Assembly: GCA_965153285.1 (NCBI GenBank)
Contig: OZ229115.1
Length of the DNA: 64,000 nucleotides
Direction: 5' to 3' (one strand)
DNA from: Podarcis tiliguerta
Lineage: Eukaryota
Below the pieces are notes generated by a model. It was not told the DNA's origin. It worked only from the letters and a program-made list of their open reading frames with translations, and did no database searches. Shown piece after piece: positions 35,965-48,535 of the stretch (position 1 is the stretch's first letter; every line of letters begins with the position of its first letter). The position numbers were made by a program, and so were the translations under genes.

Positions 35965-36394
35965 TTAGGAATCATGTGTGTTTTGAGTTTGCCTTAAATT
36001 TGGCCTTTGGATATTTAGATGTATCGGAAGATTCATCTGTTTTTGTGAGACAATGCATTGCCAAGAGTGCTGTTTTTCTGATAGCAGATACGACTCTTTG
36101 TTGCCTTCCTCTCTTGCTAATAAGGATCTTCTTAGCACAGGGCTGGGGATACTTTTTTCCATCTGACTTCTCCCCGCCATTTGAGTCAACATTGCCATGG
36201 CAGTGACCTTCCTTGGGCCACATGCTGGTGGTGTGTAGGGTCAGAGACATCCCACACTGTTTCTCTCTCAAGGTCATCACCACTCCACGCCTCCATGTCT
36301 GACCTATTTTTGTTCAGGTGTATGCCATGAGAAGTCTGTAGTAGGTGGTTGGTATAAAATACAACCAAATGTCTTTACACATCTCAGTATCTTG
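35965..36394 (-). mobile_element. Penelope-like (Neptune-type) retroelement relic, second copy
   Basis: Minus frames give LMAY/NKN, PKEGHCHGN, VSAIRKTALLAMHCL (cf. SAIR..S.LA.HF) and KLKTHMIPN (cf. KLxTLxPNGLN). Shares a 25-nt exact match and further blocks with 32880-33092. Confidence 0.6.
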
Positions 36395-36396
36395 TT

Positions 36397-36860
36397 GCCC
36401 CTCCCATTGGCCTCACTGAGGCAGTTGCCTCAGATGGCAGGCTGGGGACAGCGGGGAGAGGCGTCAGAACTGGAACAGAAGGTGAGGTGCATCCTCATGC
36501 GACTTTGCTGCTTTTGCAGCTCCTCCTTTGGCTATGGCTAGGAGCCGCCTTTGTCAACTCAGTCACTTCCCGAGGGGGAAGGTCCTTCCTCTGCCACCTT
36601 AGAACCGGAGCCTGGAACTGGCTCTGAAGGCCCCGAAGACTGAACCACTCACTGCCTCCTGTGCTTGTACCCGATGGCTCCACCTGGGAAGAGCAGGGCT
36701 GCTGCTGCCAGTTGCTCCACTCCAGCTCTAGTTTTTGTTTCCTGTTGTCTTCCATGAGCCGATGCTGCCCCAAGGCCACCTCCAGCTGCCTCAGGCAGTG
36801 GTAGGGGAGGCAGCATTTTCTGTTTTGCCTCAAGCAGAAAAATGTATTGCACCAGCCCTG
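36397..36860. mobile_element. GC-rich non-autonomous DNA-transposon-like insert (hAT-like end)
   Basis: Abrupt GC-rich block with repeated GCCTCA(G)/TGAGGC motifs, ending CAGCCCTG. Confidence 0.5.
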
Positions 36861-39800
36861 TCTGAGAGAGTCCATAAAATTGATTATCATCTTTTCTTCC
36901 CATTTAAATTTTAACCCACCTAGTCAAGCTAGGTTGTATGCACAGAGGGGTGGCATTTTTGTTGTAGCTCTTGGGTCAAATGAAAGCCATGGGATGTAAG
37001 GCTTTCATTATTTCATTATATTTGCTTTCTTCACTACCATAATAGAAATTCGTTTTGGGTTTGCCATGCTTTATGTTTTGCTGCCTAGCTGTTTTCTTTG
37101 ACTCTTGGATTGCTGGGAAGAAAAGGTTCCCATTGATGGATGCTATTTCAATTCAGCACTTTATTTTTATTTTTTAATGAGAGTTGAAAGAGAGGGGTAT
37201 GTTGGCAGTCATGGCAATGTTCCAGTGGAAACTCTTTTCTAAACAAGTGCTTTATCACTCATCAGATCTTTAACTTAGATTGATTTAACAAATAGATAGA
37301 TAGGCCATTTACTGAACTGTCCCAATTTGTTATGACCAGGTGTGTGATCTGGAATTCAGTGCTGTTTCATAGGTTAGAAGAATTAGAAGTCCAACTTCTG
37401 TTCATTAAACCATCTTTTCTGCTTGACTTTTTAACTAGTGCAAAGGATTTCCAACTTCATTATCTATTCATTTAATAGTGATGTTGGAAAACCCTTGCAA
37501 TTTTAAAAATTAATACTACGTACATAAGCATTGTAGAAAGTGTGCTGTGACTCATATGGGTATAGGTCAGACATCTACATCCTGAAAGTAAAATCCAAGA
37601 ATGCTCTTAAACTACAAAAGAATAGCTGGGGAAAATAGAGCATACATTCAGATATAAATGAAGCATTATAATGTGTTTAATTTTAGCAGTAAACTAACAT
37701 AATTAGAGATGATGAGTGCAAGACATAGGCTGAACTTGGAACCAGGTTGCTAATGCATTCTTGAATTATAGTCCTTCTGCCTAGGGAGAAATACAGCTCT
37801 TCCATACTCATGATTATTTGTTTCCAAGTATTTTACCAGCTTCATGGAGCCCTGCCCATGTGATTTTTTTTGTGTGGTTACTGCACAGCTGTCATCATAT
37901 TTGAATACTACAAATTATGCTACCACAAATTTTATAGCTGAATTCCCTGCATTTGAGGAAATTGCTGGGGTCAGCATACTCTGAGGGCAATGGATGAGCC
38001 TCACAATGGGAAAACCTCCTTCATGACCTCCCCTGCCAAATGTTAAGTACTCATCATAATTTGTTTACAATTTGTTTCATGGAGTCCTGCTCATGTGAAA
38101 AATTATTTTTGGCATTTACTGCAAATTGGTCCTAAGAATTGTTTTAACACCATTTGTCACACTCTACACATAAGTAGGCATTGGACTGTTTTAGAATTTC
38201 TTGACCACTTCGATAAAAGTTTATCAGAGGATTGTTTATTGTCCTGAGTATGCATTTAAGACTTCAAGTACAATGTAGTTGTCTCATTTGATGCATTTTG
38301 GAGCAAACTCAGTCTGTGTTTTAGAAAAATTGAATTTCAATAGGCTTAACCACTGCTATGCTAAATTGTGTCTGCTATAAATATTTGTCAATGGTGTTAA
38401 TAAAAGTAGAGTTCAATATACTTCTGTAGGCCCATAGTACACACAGAGGCAATCTGAAGCCAGATCGTTGGTCCCTTTGCCATATTTATAACAAGCTGTT
38501 TAATTTTCTTGGGTGAAACTTCTCCTTTGCCAGGGAAGAGGAGATTAGGCATGCCACTGTTACAACAGGGAGGAAACCATTGTGTTTTGAGCATATTACT
38601 AGCTCTGCCATTCTCTTGTTTTGCAAATAATCGCTCAATAGGATTGGGGGGCGGGGAATAAAAAAGATAAGTTATAACAGTTTTGCTATATACTTGTGAC
38701 ATGTATTTGAAACATGTGGCTCTTCTGGCTGCTTCATGGGCAGTCCTAAAATCAAGGAAGGCAACAGCTGTTAGTAGGTTCTTCACTGCTCTAGGAGTTT
38801 CTGGTTCTTAGCTTCAAACCTCTTTTCCCTTGACATCAGTGATAGCCTTGTCTTCTGAGGAAAGAGCCAGTTGCCCTTTGGGGTGCATGAATCCTTCAGC
38901 GATGAATGGCACAAAGCAGTAATTATTCCCTGCCTCTTGTGATCTGAGTAGTGGAAGCTGTGCGCCTGGGCACATCATTAAATTTCCAGGCAGCATGGTA
39001 GTTATAAGCCTAGGAAGAGAGTGATTCTCATGGCATTTTAATATGTTGGGGGTGGGAGAACCCGGTAACAGGTGGTATTTAAAAACCAATTAATATTTGT
39101 GAATAACAATGTGTTACTGGTAAGAAAACAAATCAGCCTCTATGTGAATATTTATGATGCTGATTTTTCAGGGCTTCTGGAATTGCACAATATTTCTCCA
39201 GCTGCCATTGCATGTTATTCTGCTGTCAGAACAATCCTGCACAAAGCCGAACTCCCCCTGACAATGTGTAGCCAAGTTCCCGGGAGCGAGACAGTCGAGT
39301 AGATTAGCAAAGTGTAATTCTTGAACTGTGTATTCTCAATAATTCAATATTTAGGCAACCGAGTTCCAAACATTTTAAATATTCTTTGCCATTACAGTGA
39401 ACTATGCAATTTAGTATACAATTTCTTCCTATTAAGAGCCAAGCCATGCACACAGATAATGCTATGTTTGAAGTGAAAAAGGGTGTTAAAGGTTGTTTTG
39501 TCTCAGTGTTCTGTGAGAAAGTGTTTTACAGTAGATCAAACTTGCCTAATGGTTCTTCATAATACTTTCATTTGAACTGCTCCCTGTGGCTTGTGTTTGG
39601 GGGAACTCAAAGGGGAGAATCCACTTTGTTTCTTAGTGGGGCGGAGTTTTCTATTTCATGCATGTTCACATTGCCATTTGAAAAGGATAATGGGTTTTTA
39701 ACCTCAGTGAATCTTAGATTGCAGTCTCAGTGCTCATGGAGCGTTTCTTAGTCTTTTACAGAGGAATAAACTTGTCTGTTTTTCTTTTTGTCTTATCATA

Positions 39801-40260
39801 GCCATAAGCCCTGGGCTTCCAGCATCTTTTGTGGAGCATCTCTTCCTTTGACTAAGCAGTGGTTATTTTTATTTATTAAAAGTTCACTAAAATAAGTTAT
39901 TAATTAAAGCTGCATTTTTATTATTTCAGTTACGGTGCGTGTGTTTTTAACTTATTTACAGTGAAATTTAATTTAATGAAATTCTGCCTGGAATGGAATC
40001 AAATGGTTGGTAGCAGTCCTGGCTCTAGTCAACTTCCCAATCACAATGTTTTTCTGCTGCATGTAGAGAGGGCAGGTGAACTGCCGGAATGCCATACTCT
40101 AGCCACTGCTGATCCTAATATCTAGACATTTTTATCATGGTTGCATGTTTTGTAGCCGTCAAGGTACACAAGGCAAACTGTAGCGAAAGGGCTGGTATTT
40201 CTGCTACACTGTTTAAAAACCTCCCACTTTTCTTCTTCCAAGGATGGAGGGTAGGAGGTA

Positions 40261-40458
40261 CAGTGGTACCTTGGGTTACATACGCTTCAGGTTACAGACT
40301 CCTCTAACCCAGAAATAGTACCTCAGGTTAAGAACTTTGCTTCAGGATGAGAACAGAAATTGTGTGGCGGCAGCGGGAAGCCCCATGAGCTAAAGTGGTG
40401 CTTCAGGTTAAGTACGGACCTCTGAAACAAATTAAGTACGTAACCCGAGGTACCACTG
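40261..40458 (+). mobile_element. MITE family A, copy 3
   Basis: TIRs CAGTGGTACCTTGGGTTAC / GTAACCCGAGGTACCACTG, TA flanks. Confidence 0.92.
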
Positions 40459-40624
40459 TAGCTGCAGGCATGGCAGGAGCAACAATTAGCAGTAGCATCA
40501 GCAACAGTTGAGGAGCCTAGGAACTCCAAATTTAGGTAGGCACAAAGCCTATAGGATGTTTCTCACCTGAACCTGTCTTGTCTGGCTGTATCACTCTGGG
40601 AACCTGGTAGCCTGTTTGTGGTCA

Positions 40625-40862
40625 GAAACATCACAGATCCCTGAAGCAGATGAGGGAATAGCCATCTGGCACCCCTATTCAGGAAGCCCTGAATGCTGCA
40701 CACCAGGTGCTGCACACAATTCCGTGCACCTTTGGACACAAATGAAACATCACATATCCCTGAAGCAGATGAGGGAATAGCCATCTGGCACCCCTATTCA
40801 GGAAGCCCTGAATGCTGCACACCAGGTGCTGCACACAATTCCGTGCACCTTTGGACACAAAT
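40625..40862. repeat. 119-bp tandem duplication (2 copies, 1 mismatch)
   Basis: Units start at 40625 and 40744. The only difference seen is CACAGATCC versus CACATATCC. GAA microhomology at the junctions. Confidence 0.95.
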
Positions 40863-41662
40863 GAAGTAGCTGCAACCCAATAACTTTGTTATCCCCTTCC
40901 CCTTATTCTTGCAAGCTGCGTTCTACAAAAGCCTGGAAAAGGCTTTCTACAAAAGCCTACTAAAGCCACTGCCTGCAATGTGGAACCCTAAATTTGCAAC
41001 CTTCTTCAACAGATTTTAGGCCATCTGCATTTGTGGTGCACCCCTGTCAGTGAGATGGGTGTAAAGCCCCAGCACATGGCCTATCATATGTACATATTTT
41101 CTCCAACTTGGGGGGCGGGCATGAAATAGGATAGTGTTATGGAGTGCTCTTGTTAACAAAAATAATTTACGTTAAGACAAATATTTTTTATGAATTTGGA
41201 AATACACAATCTGGTATTTTAATAGGGAAAGGTTTATATGTAGTTAATTCTAGTCTATGTACCAAAGCAATTCACTCGCTAAGTTTTGATCTAGAGTCAG
41301 GTGTATCACTTCATGTCCAACAGAAATCTTTTAAAATGAAGGCATTTAAAATAAGGAAATAATTGGGTTTGGAGGTTGCAATATTTACTGGTTTTACTCT
41401 TTTTCACATCTAATCGGCAATAACTCATCAGTCAGTTCAGCATTTCTATTTGCTAGTAAGTACTAAAGTCTGCATAGGTTTGTGTGAATACTAGCTGAAT
41501 ACTAGCTCCATTTGAAAAACAATGCTGCTTAAAATAGTGTTTTTGTGTGGTTTATTGCAGAGCTCTTTTACTGCAAACTTGTTATAGTTATTTGATGAGG
41601 AAGAAAGGATGCTCTCTTAATTTTCTTGGGCTGAGCCCTGGCAGGAAAAACAAGTTCTGGTA

Positions 41663-41873
41663 CAGTGGTACCTCGGGTTAAGAACTTAATTCATTCTGGA
41701 GGTCCGTTCTTAACCTGAAACTGTTCTTAACCTGAGGTACCACTTTAGCTAATGGGGCCTCCTGCTGCCACACGAATTCTGTTCTCATCCTGAAGCAAAG
41801 TTCTTAACCCGAGGTACTATTTCTGGGTTAGCGGAGTCTGAACCTGAAGCGTCTGTAACTCGAGGTACCGCTG
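41663..41873 (-). mobile_element. MITE family A, copy 4
   Basis: TIRs CAGTGGTACCTCGGGTTA / TAACTCGAGGTACCGCTG, TA flanks. Confidence 0.92.
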
Positions 41874-42879
41874 TACTGTGTTTATTGCCCGATTAGGATC
41901 TGTCTAGAGGTATGACACCTATGCAAGTGAGTTTCTTGTAAATTCTGTTCCTTCCTTTTGATGGGGAATGAGAGAAGGCTTACTCCTTTGAAGTTGCATC
42001 AAGGTAGAAATAAAGTGCCAGATATCTTTCTTGCTTTTAAAAAAATCATTTGTTTTCTGTCTTTTTATGCTATAATTTTAAAGCATCTGAGCTGTTCGTT
42101 TGTTCTGCAAAAGCACAACACAAAGGCAGAAAGATACCCCTCCTTTCCTCTGAGTTGTCTATAGTTCATGGGGGAAGAAGGAATATAGTCTCTGCCTCTT
42201 CCTTCTACATAGAAGGCAGAAACCACAAGTTATTGAAGATGCCCATCAGGAAGGCAGGGGAAATGTTGCTCCCTTCCTCTGGGTTTTCTGCACGTACCAT
42301 AAGGACCTGGGATGGTGGCAACCCAATTAATGGTTTATTAGTAAAGCAAGCACAGGGGGAGTGAGTAGGTAATGTGTGGTCTTGTCATGTGAAAGAAGTC
42401 GCAACTCCCATTTTTCCTGACAATTAGCCATTTTGGGTGTAACTAATATTTTTATTGCACTGGACACTCTTGTTAAGCAGCACAATATTAAATGTGATTA
42501 CACTGAAATGGGAACATTTCATGCCATCGTTTAAATTTAGGACCTGGTAAAATACATGCATTAGACAATGTTTATCTTAGTGTACTTTGTGATGCTTATT
42601 GTGGGTGAGACTTATTTTATCTGCTTATGATGTTACCTTAAAATTAAACAAAATAATTGTTGGTAAATGACCATAGCAGTTTATCAAGTTGCAGGTTGTG
42701 GGGGCTACTATTCACGGAGTACAAAAGATCTTTAAATAGGATATCACCATTTTAGAACATTTCACCAAGACACTGAGATGTATTTGTACCTGGCAAGTGT
42801 CCCCAGAGGTATTGAAGGATTTGAGAGAGAATCCTGTTCCATTGGCATCAAAGCCTGAAAAGTACTAAAGCTCTTGAGG

Positions 42880-43020
42880 TCTGAGAATCATAGGGCAAAC
42901 TCTGCCAGGATCAGATGGCTTTTCACAAGACAACTGTGAAAAACAAAGGTGGGGAGAGACCTGGGCCAAAATGATATGGTCAAGTGTGGTCAAAGAAGTG
43001 TTGCCTGAAGATGGAGAACA
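42880..43020 (+). mobile_element. Possible decayed L1 ORF2 fragment
   Basis: CCA GGA TCA GAT GGC TTT = PGSDGF (cf. GKAPGPDGF). Little else is recognisable. Confidence 0.3.
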
Positions 43021-44439
43021 AATGGGAGAGCATCACAAAAGAAATGAAACAATGGGGGAACTAATTGGTAATGAGGGTTTACATTCTCTTTAACAGCTTA
43101 TGGTTAATTTCAAGTAATGACCAAAAATCTGTTCAACAGAAATGGATGTTAGATACATGCACGCACACAAGAAAGTTAGAGTAAGCAAACAAGAGCAAAA
43201 ATGGCTATCATTAGTATAGAAATACAGAGGGTGACCTATCTTCTAATACCTAGCAGCACACCACTATCTTATACAGTAGCTTGAAATATACTTGGTTTTT
43301 GAGCATGTTGGCAGCATAAAAAGAAAGCTATATGAAAAGAAGAGAGATCTCTACCAGTTGGTTGTACTGTAATCAAGGACAAGAAGCTTAGAAAAGTCAA
43401 AGAGAGATTGGAATGTCCTGACATATCTCTGACAAGTGTAATATTTCCCTAACTCATTATCTGATAGTGGTTAAATAACTAGTCATGAGCCCTCTGCTGA
43501 TATCACCCTCTGATTGTTGAGGGCCTAGGCAATGCCCTTGAGGAGGGAAACATGTACAGCACATATTTAGAAAACGTTGTGGCAGTACAGTGAGTTATCA
43601 GGGTGTCCTTTGTAATTTAACATTTTATGTGTATTACTTGTGCATGATCTTGATGCTAATAAATGTTTTGTGAACTAAGGTGAGTTAGTTTTCTGTGGAA
43701 AAGGCCCTCCCCCCCCAAAAAAAAATAAGGGTATGATAGCTCTGGGAAACCATTTTTACAACATGGACTGTATTTGTGTTTTGTGTTTTTTAAAAGCCGG
43801 AAGCAGGTAAGCCTTGCCTGTGGAATGTGTTTTTTTGTGGGGTGGGGGTGAGTGGCATGCAGCAACATCTTTTAAAGTGACTCTTTTCTAACTCAGTTGA
43901 AAAGCAGCTTTCTGGGTCATAGTTTATCTGTAGGGGCTCTTTAAAAAAAATCATTTCTTCAATAAAATCAATTTGATTTGATTTTTTGGGGGGAAAAGAA
44001 ATGACTTCATTATAAACAATCCTGCAATGCAGATGAAGGGGAGAAAGCAACTGGGGGTGTTCTTTCAAATACAAGTTATTTCAATCTTGTCAGGTTAGAT
44101 ATGTCAGAAGAAAGAGTTTTACAAACAAGTCCCTGAAGATAAACTATAACCTAGATTAGCTGAATTCAGAGTAGGTTTTGTAAAATTTGGTAGCTGTGTA
44201 ACTTCTGAAATGGTCTCCTTGTTTTCTTAACAAGGAATAATTGAATAGTTGTGAGTTTTGGCTGCTCCTAGGCAAGAGGCCATCAGTGGACTCCTAATCC
44301 TGCCTTTTAGATCACTCCTCTACCTTTGCAAACTATGTCTGTCAGGTGAGAAAACACTCTTAGAATGGTGTTGGGAAAGGGTAATGGTGAAAACAGAGGT
44401 AAAAAAAGAAATCCTATCATTTAACTTTCCTTGTAGCTC

Positions 44440-44830
44440 TATAGATTTAGTTCCTCTGTTTCTCATTTCCCCAACCTTAAATTCAGTTCAAGCATTTTTG
44501 CACGTGTTTATTATATATATATATTTTAAAAAACCACCAATATTTGAGTACACTTCCCCCGAATATTCATATTTTTGTTTGCGCTTTTGCACATTTTTAT
44601 ACACATTTATACACATTTTTGCAAGCAATTTTCTCCTATATTATGTATTTATGTATGTTGTTTTTCCCTAATCCATACATTTTTATGTACTCCTTGCATT
44701 TTTGAACACATCTTTGGTTAGATGGCTGCATTACAACTGCATTGCAAAATGTGGAGAATCCTGAATTTCAGAGGATGTCTGCATTTTGGTAAGTACATAT
44801 TATGTCAGTTTGCAGCAAAATGCAAACTGG
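44440..44830. repeat. Unclassified interspersed repeat with internal ACACATTTTT-type subrepeats
   Basis: Repeated CATTTTT(G/A) / ACACATTT units; resembles a common lizard repeat (recalled, not verified). Confidence 0.5.
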
Positions 44831-47414
44831 GCTACAGTAGTGTAGGTCACCTCTTAATTGAGGGCTATGTGCCTGTTGCTACTCTGAGCAGTGTTCCTGT
44901 GCCTGTGTGAGCTTGGGATTACGGCTCAGTTGCAGCGTTGCCATCAGGGCAGGGCTATGGTGTAGAAATCCACATACACCAGAATGAATAAGAGCTGAGC
45001 TGGCTTGCTACATTCTGAAGCAATGCAATTAACATCAGAGTATAAAAGAACCTATCTGTACCACCACCCAACTGGCCCACCCTGAGTTCCTGCCATTCCT
45101 TTTAAGAAATGTGCATCCTGTGCTTTGGTTTTCTGGTGGAGAGGCTTTGCAGGTTCATTTACTTCAGATGTCATTGGTACAATCTGAAGGTTCTCAACCA
45201 TGATAGTAATCTGCTTCCTCACCCCCACTGCCTGTTGCAGTGATGCTTGAGCAAATTCTGCTGTACTATATCATATTTGTATTTTTGGGACTTCAGGTAA
45301 ACTTTATGTTGGAAAGGCATAATGTGAAAAGTAAGCTGGTGCAATTTTTATGCACCAGCAGATCCCAAAGTTTGATCCCAACATTCACTTGGCACCTTGG
45401 CAAAACACCCTTTGAACTCTCAACATCATTAATATCTAGTGATGGGGATTGTGAAAGGCCTGGAGTGCTGCATATAATGTTAGAAGCAATGGAATTGGTT
45501 GATGCAGTGCAGCATACTTAGCTCATCTTGTTCTGAATATGCTTTTGTAGCTTTCCTGCAGTGGGAATTGGCTTTTAAGACCTGAATATCTCATAAAACT
45601 AATATTAACAGGCAGCTTGAGATTGTGCAAATTTCACCTTATTTGCTGAATCAAGTGGCAGCAGTAGCCCTCTGCTCCTTTTTGATTTCCTTTCTTCCAT
45701 TAGTATATGCTTTGGCAGTTTTTGTTTTGTCATTGTCAAATACTAAATTAATTTTGGTTCCTGAAGCTTATACAGTAAAGGTGACTTTAGAATCATCATA
45801 ATTGTCAATTTAACTTTCATACCACATAGCGTTTACCAGCTACTCTTAGGCAGTGGGTTGAAATAACTTCTCCATGGTGTGTCTGTCTGAAGCAATTGAG
45901 GAATTCATTGAATATTCAATGTATACAAAGCTATATGCATTAAGGTTTTGGGTGCTGACGCCTCCTTGGAGGAGGCACTCGGCTGCAGTTGAGTTGGTTT
46001 TGTTTAGTTAACAATGCACTCTAATATGACTCACACCTTAGTAAGTATTGTGTTTGAACTTGTACTGAACGGGGAATATATGAAAAAGAGATGACAGAGG
46101 GGCGAGATACCCAGGTTTCACTTCTAGATATATGATGAGAATTGATGCAATTCTTTATGCAGAAGATGTCATGCTGTGGGCTTTCAGGATGCAAAGCGGT
46201 GTCATGATAGGGACTGTGGCAAGAATATGGACTGTGGCAAGAGCAATGCCTTCCTCTGGAACTGAATTTGTTGTGCTGCACTTGAACAATTGTGTAATTA
46301 TTAAAGAATAGCATTGAATCCAACAGAAATATAAAGCACTACAAACTGAGGAGTCAAGTATTTAAAGAAAGAAATCCAGAAAACTGGCTACGCTCCAGCA
46401 CTCCTAAGAACATCTTAGGAATTTTTAAGAGAGTCCTAATCTAAATGAAAGTGAGCAGTGTGATGCTGTTGCCAACAGAATAATTGCGTGCAACATACAG
46501 CATTATTACTACCTTGTGTATATACTTCTGATTTGACTCTGCAGTTGTATTGTGTGGCCGTATTTTAATGGTAGATACAAGCAGGAATAACGATGACGAT
46601 GATGGTTGTTGATGATGATAGGGAGAGGGGCTCATTAGTAAAGTGTGTGTAGAAGATCCCAGCTTCACCCTGCCTTATCGAATTGAAAGACCCCAGGTAG
46701 CAGGAAAGAGAATTGAGCTAGATGTGCCAATGGTATTACTTGGTTTAAGATAGCTTTATATGTGTAACATTCTGGGTTGTATCAGGAGATACTGAAGGAA
46801 CTGGACAGGTTTTATTTTTCAAAAAGAGAATTGCAGGATAGGTTTTCAGACACTAGTTTGGATATTGGTAAAAAATTCTTTGTGGGATTTTTTTTTTTTA
46901 GAATAATGTAATTTTAATTTCCTTTCAAGTCTAGCACAGTGTCCTAAGACTTGATCCGCTTGTTATGAGCCTGTATTAGCCCAAGAAATAACTGGTCTTA
47001 AGCAAGATTTGCACTTTCTATTCACCACCCATCTCTGTCCTTTCCGAAATTCATTTTGTGTATCTTGCTTGCTGTGGAGATAACTCACAATCAGTTTTGG
47101 GCAGCACTCTGAAGCATAGAAAACATTCCACACACCCTGCCCCCCCCCCCAAGCAGCTGTAACATATGGAACAAAACAAAAGTATGAGATTTGACTTTTC
47201 TTTCAAATTAAAAGCATTTTCAAAGCTTCTGGCTAATTGTGGATAGTGTTTCAGAAAAGTTTATGTTTTTTTTAAAAAAAAATCTATACTGCTCTTCATC
47301 TGATGATACCAGAGTGCACACTTGTAAGGGCTTTATTGCTAGGACACTATAGTACTTTCCATAAAAAGTGTTACTATATAAAGCTCTGAGAGTCAGAAAG
47401 CAACATTTCAGTTA

Positions 47415-47655
47415 CAGTGGTACCTCGGGTTAAGTATTTAATTCGTTCCGGAGGTCCATTCTTAACCTGAAACTGTTCTTAACCTGAAGCACCACTTTAG
47501 CTAATGGGGCCTCCTGCTGCTGCCACGCCACTGGAGCACGATTTCTGTTCTCATCCTGAAGCAAAGTTCTTAACCCGAGGTAATATTTCTGGGTTAGCGG
47601 AGTCTGTAACTGAAGCGTATGTAACCTGAAGCGTCTGTAACTCGAGGTACCACTG
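47415..47655 (-). mobile_element. MITE family A, copy 5
   Basis: TIRs CAGTGGTACCTCGGGTTA / TAACTCGAGGTACCACTG, TA flanks. Confidence 0.92.
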
Positions 47656-48149
47656 TACTTCCAAAGCCTAACACTTAAGAGCTGCTTCCAATACTTCTGT
47701 ACCCAGTAATTCAGTAAAGGCAAGATAAAGCCTCCAGAGGTCATAGGTAGTTTTCTTACAAACGTCTTTTGTTAAGAATAGGCTTGTATCTGAGTCTGTT
47801 TGCGTCTTCTCTACAGCTTTATCCTTTTTAAATGTTTTATTATCTTTTCCTTTGCAACACATAAGTGCTTTCTGAAAGGCCGTGTGTGATGTCATGACAC
47901 AGGCACGGTTGCCACAGTAAATGTTAATGAGTTCCTCTCCCATCTATTGGATTGGATTGCTTGAAGAGAGTGGGCATCATTAAAAAATACCGTGGCTGTG
48001 TGTGTTTTCTGAGCTGGTAGCTTAGCCTCTTACCACATCTAAAATACAGTTTAATCAAAGCATTTTTAACCCGTATAACATGTATCATCTGCACTGGCAT
48101 TCAGAAATCCTTCGGGTTCCTCAAATGACTTATGTTAGGTACCTTTCAT

Positions 48150-48535
48150 TAGAATGTGTAGATGGTGCTAATGCAAATTTGTACTGCAGTGGAAAAGTTG
48201 AAAGTTACTTGCATAAATTTATATTTATAACTTGCAATCAGAAAGATGCTGTCTCATTGCAGACTTTTTGTTTGGTGTTACTCCTGTTAGATCTACACAT
48301 ACTACATTTGCTTCAGTACTAGAACCTTCTGTAGCTTGTTCTGGTGCATAACCCGCAATGGACAGCGCAGTAAATACAAGACATATATAAATGGAGCTCC
48401 ATAAATCTTTCACTCCAACATATCAGTTGCAAGAAGGAGCATCTTGCTGAAGGAATGGCTTGTAATGGATGCAGTGAAACACAATACATTATGTGCAGTG
48501 GTTAAATATTAATATGCATAGGCAGTGTTTAAAGC
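48150..48535 (+). mobile_element. Penelope-like GIY-YIG C-terminal relic
   Basis: Across frameshifts: FITCNQKDAVSL, VRSTHTTFASVLEP (cf. VGSTTRSLxxRILEH), RRSILLKE, NTL..LNINMHRQCL (cf. LNTLxPNGLNxxxDxxCFL), in the expected order. Confidence 0.5.

Noticed and set aside
40625-40862. CRISPR-like or satellite array
   Set aside because: Only two adjacent units with no spacers, in eukaryotic context.
43655-45305. Plus-strand AG|GT recursive-splice-like sites at about 43680, 44345 and 45297
   Set aside because: Polypyrimidine tracts or donors are mediocre, and several are expected by chance without transcript data.
47290-47392. C/D snoRNA-like TGATGA...CTGA
   Set aside because: The C box lacks the leading purine, there are no clear C'/D' boxes or recognisable rRNA guide, and such pairs are expected by chance.
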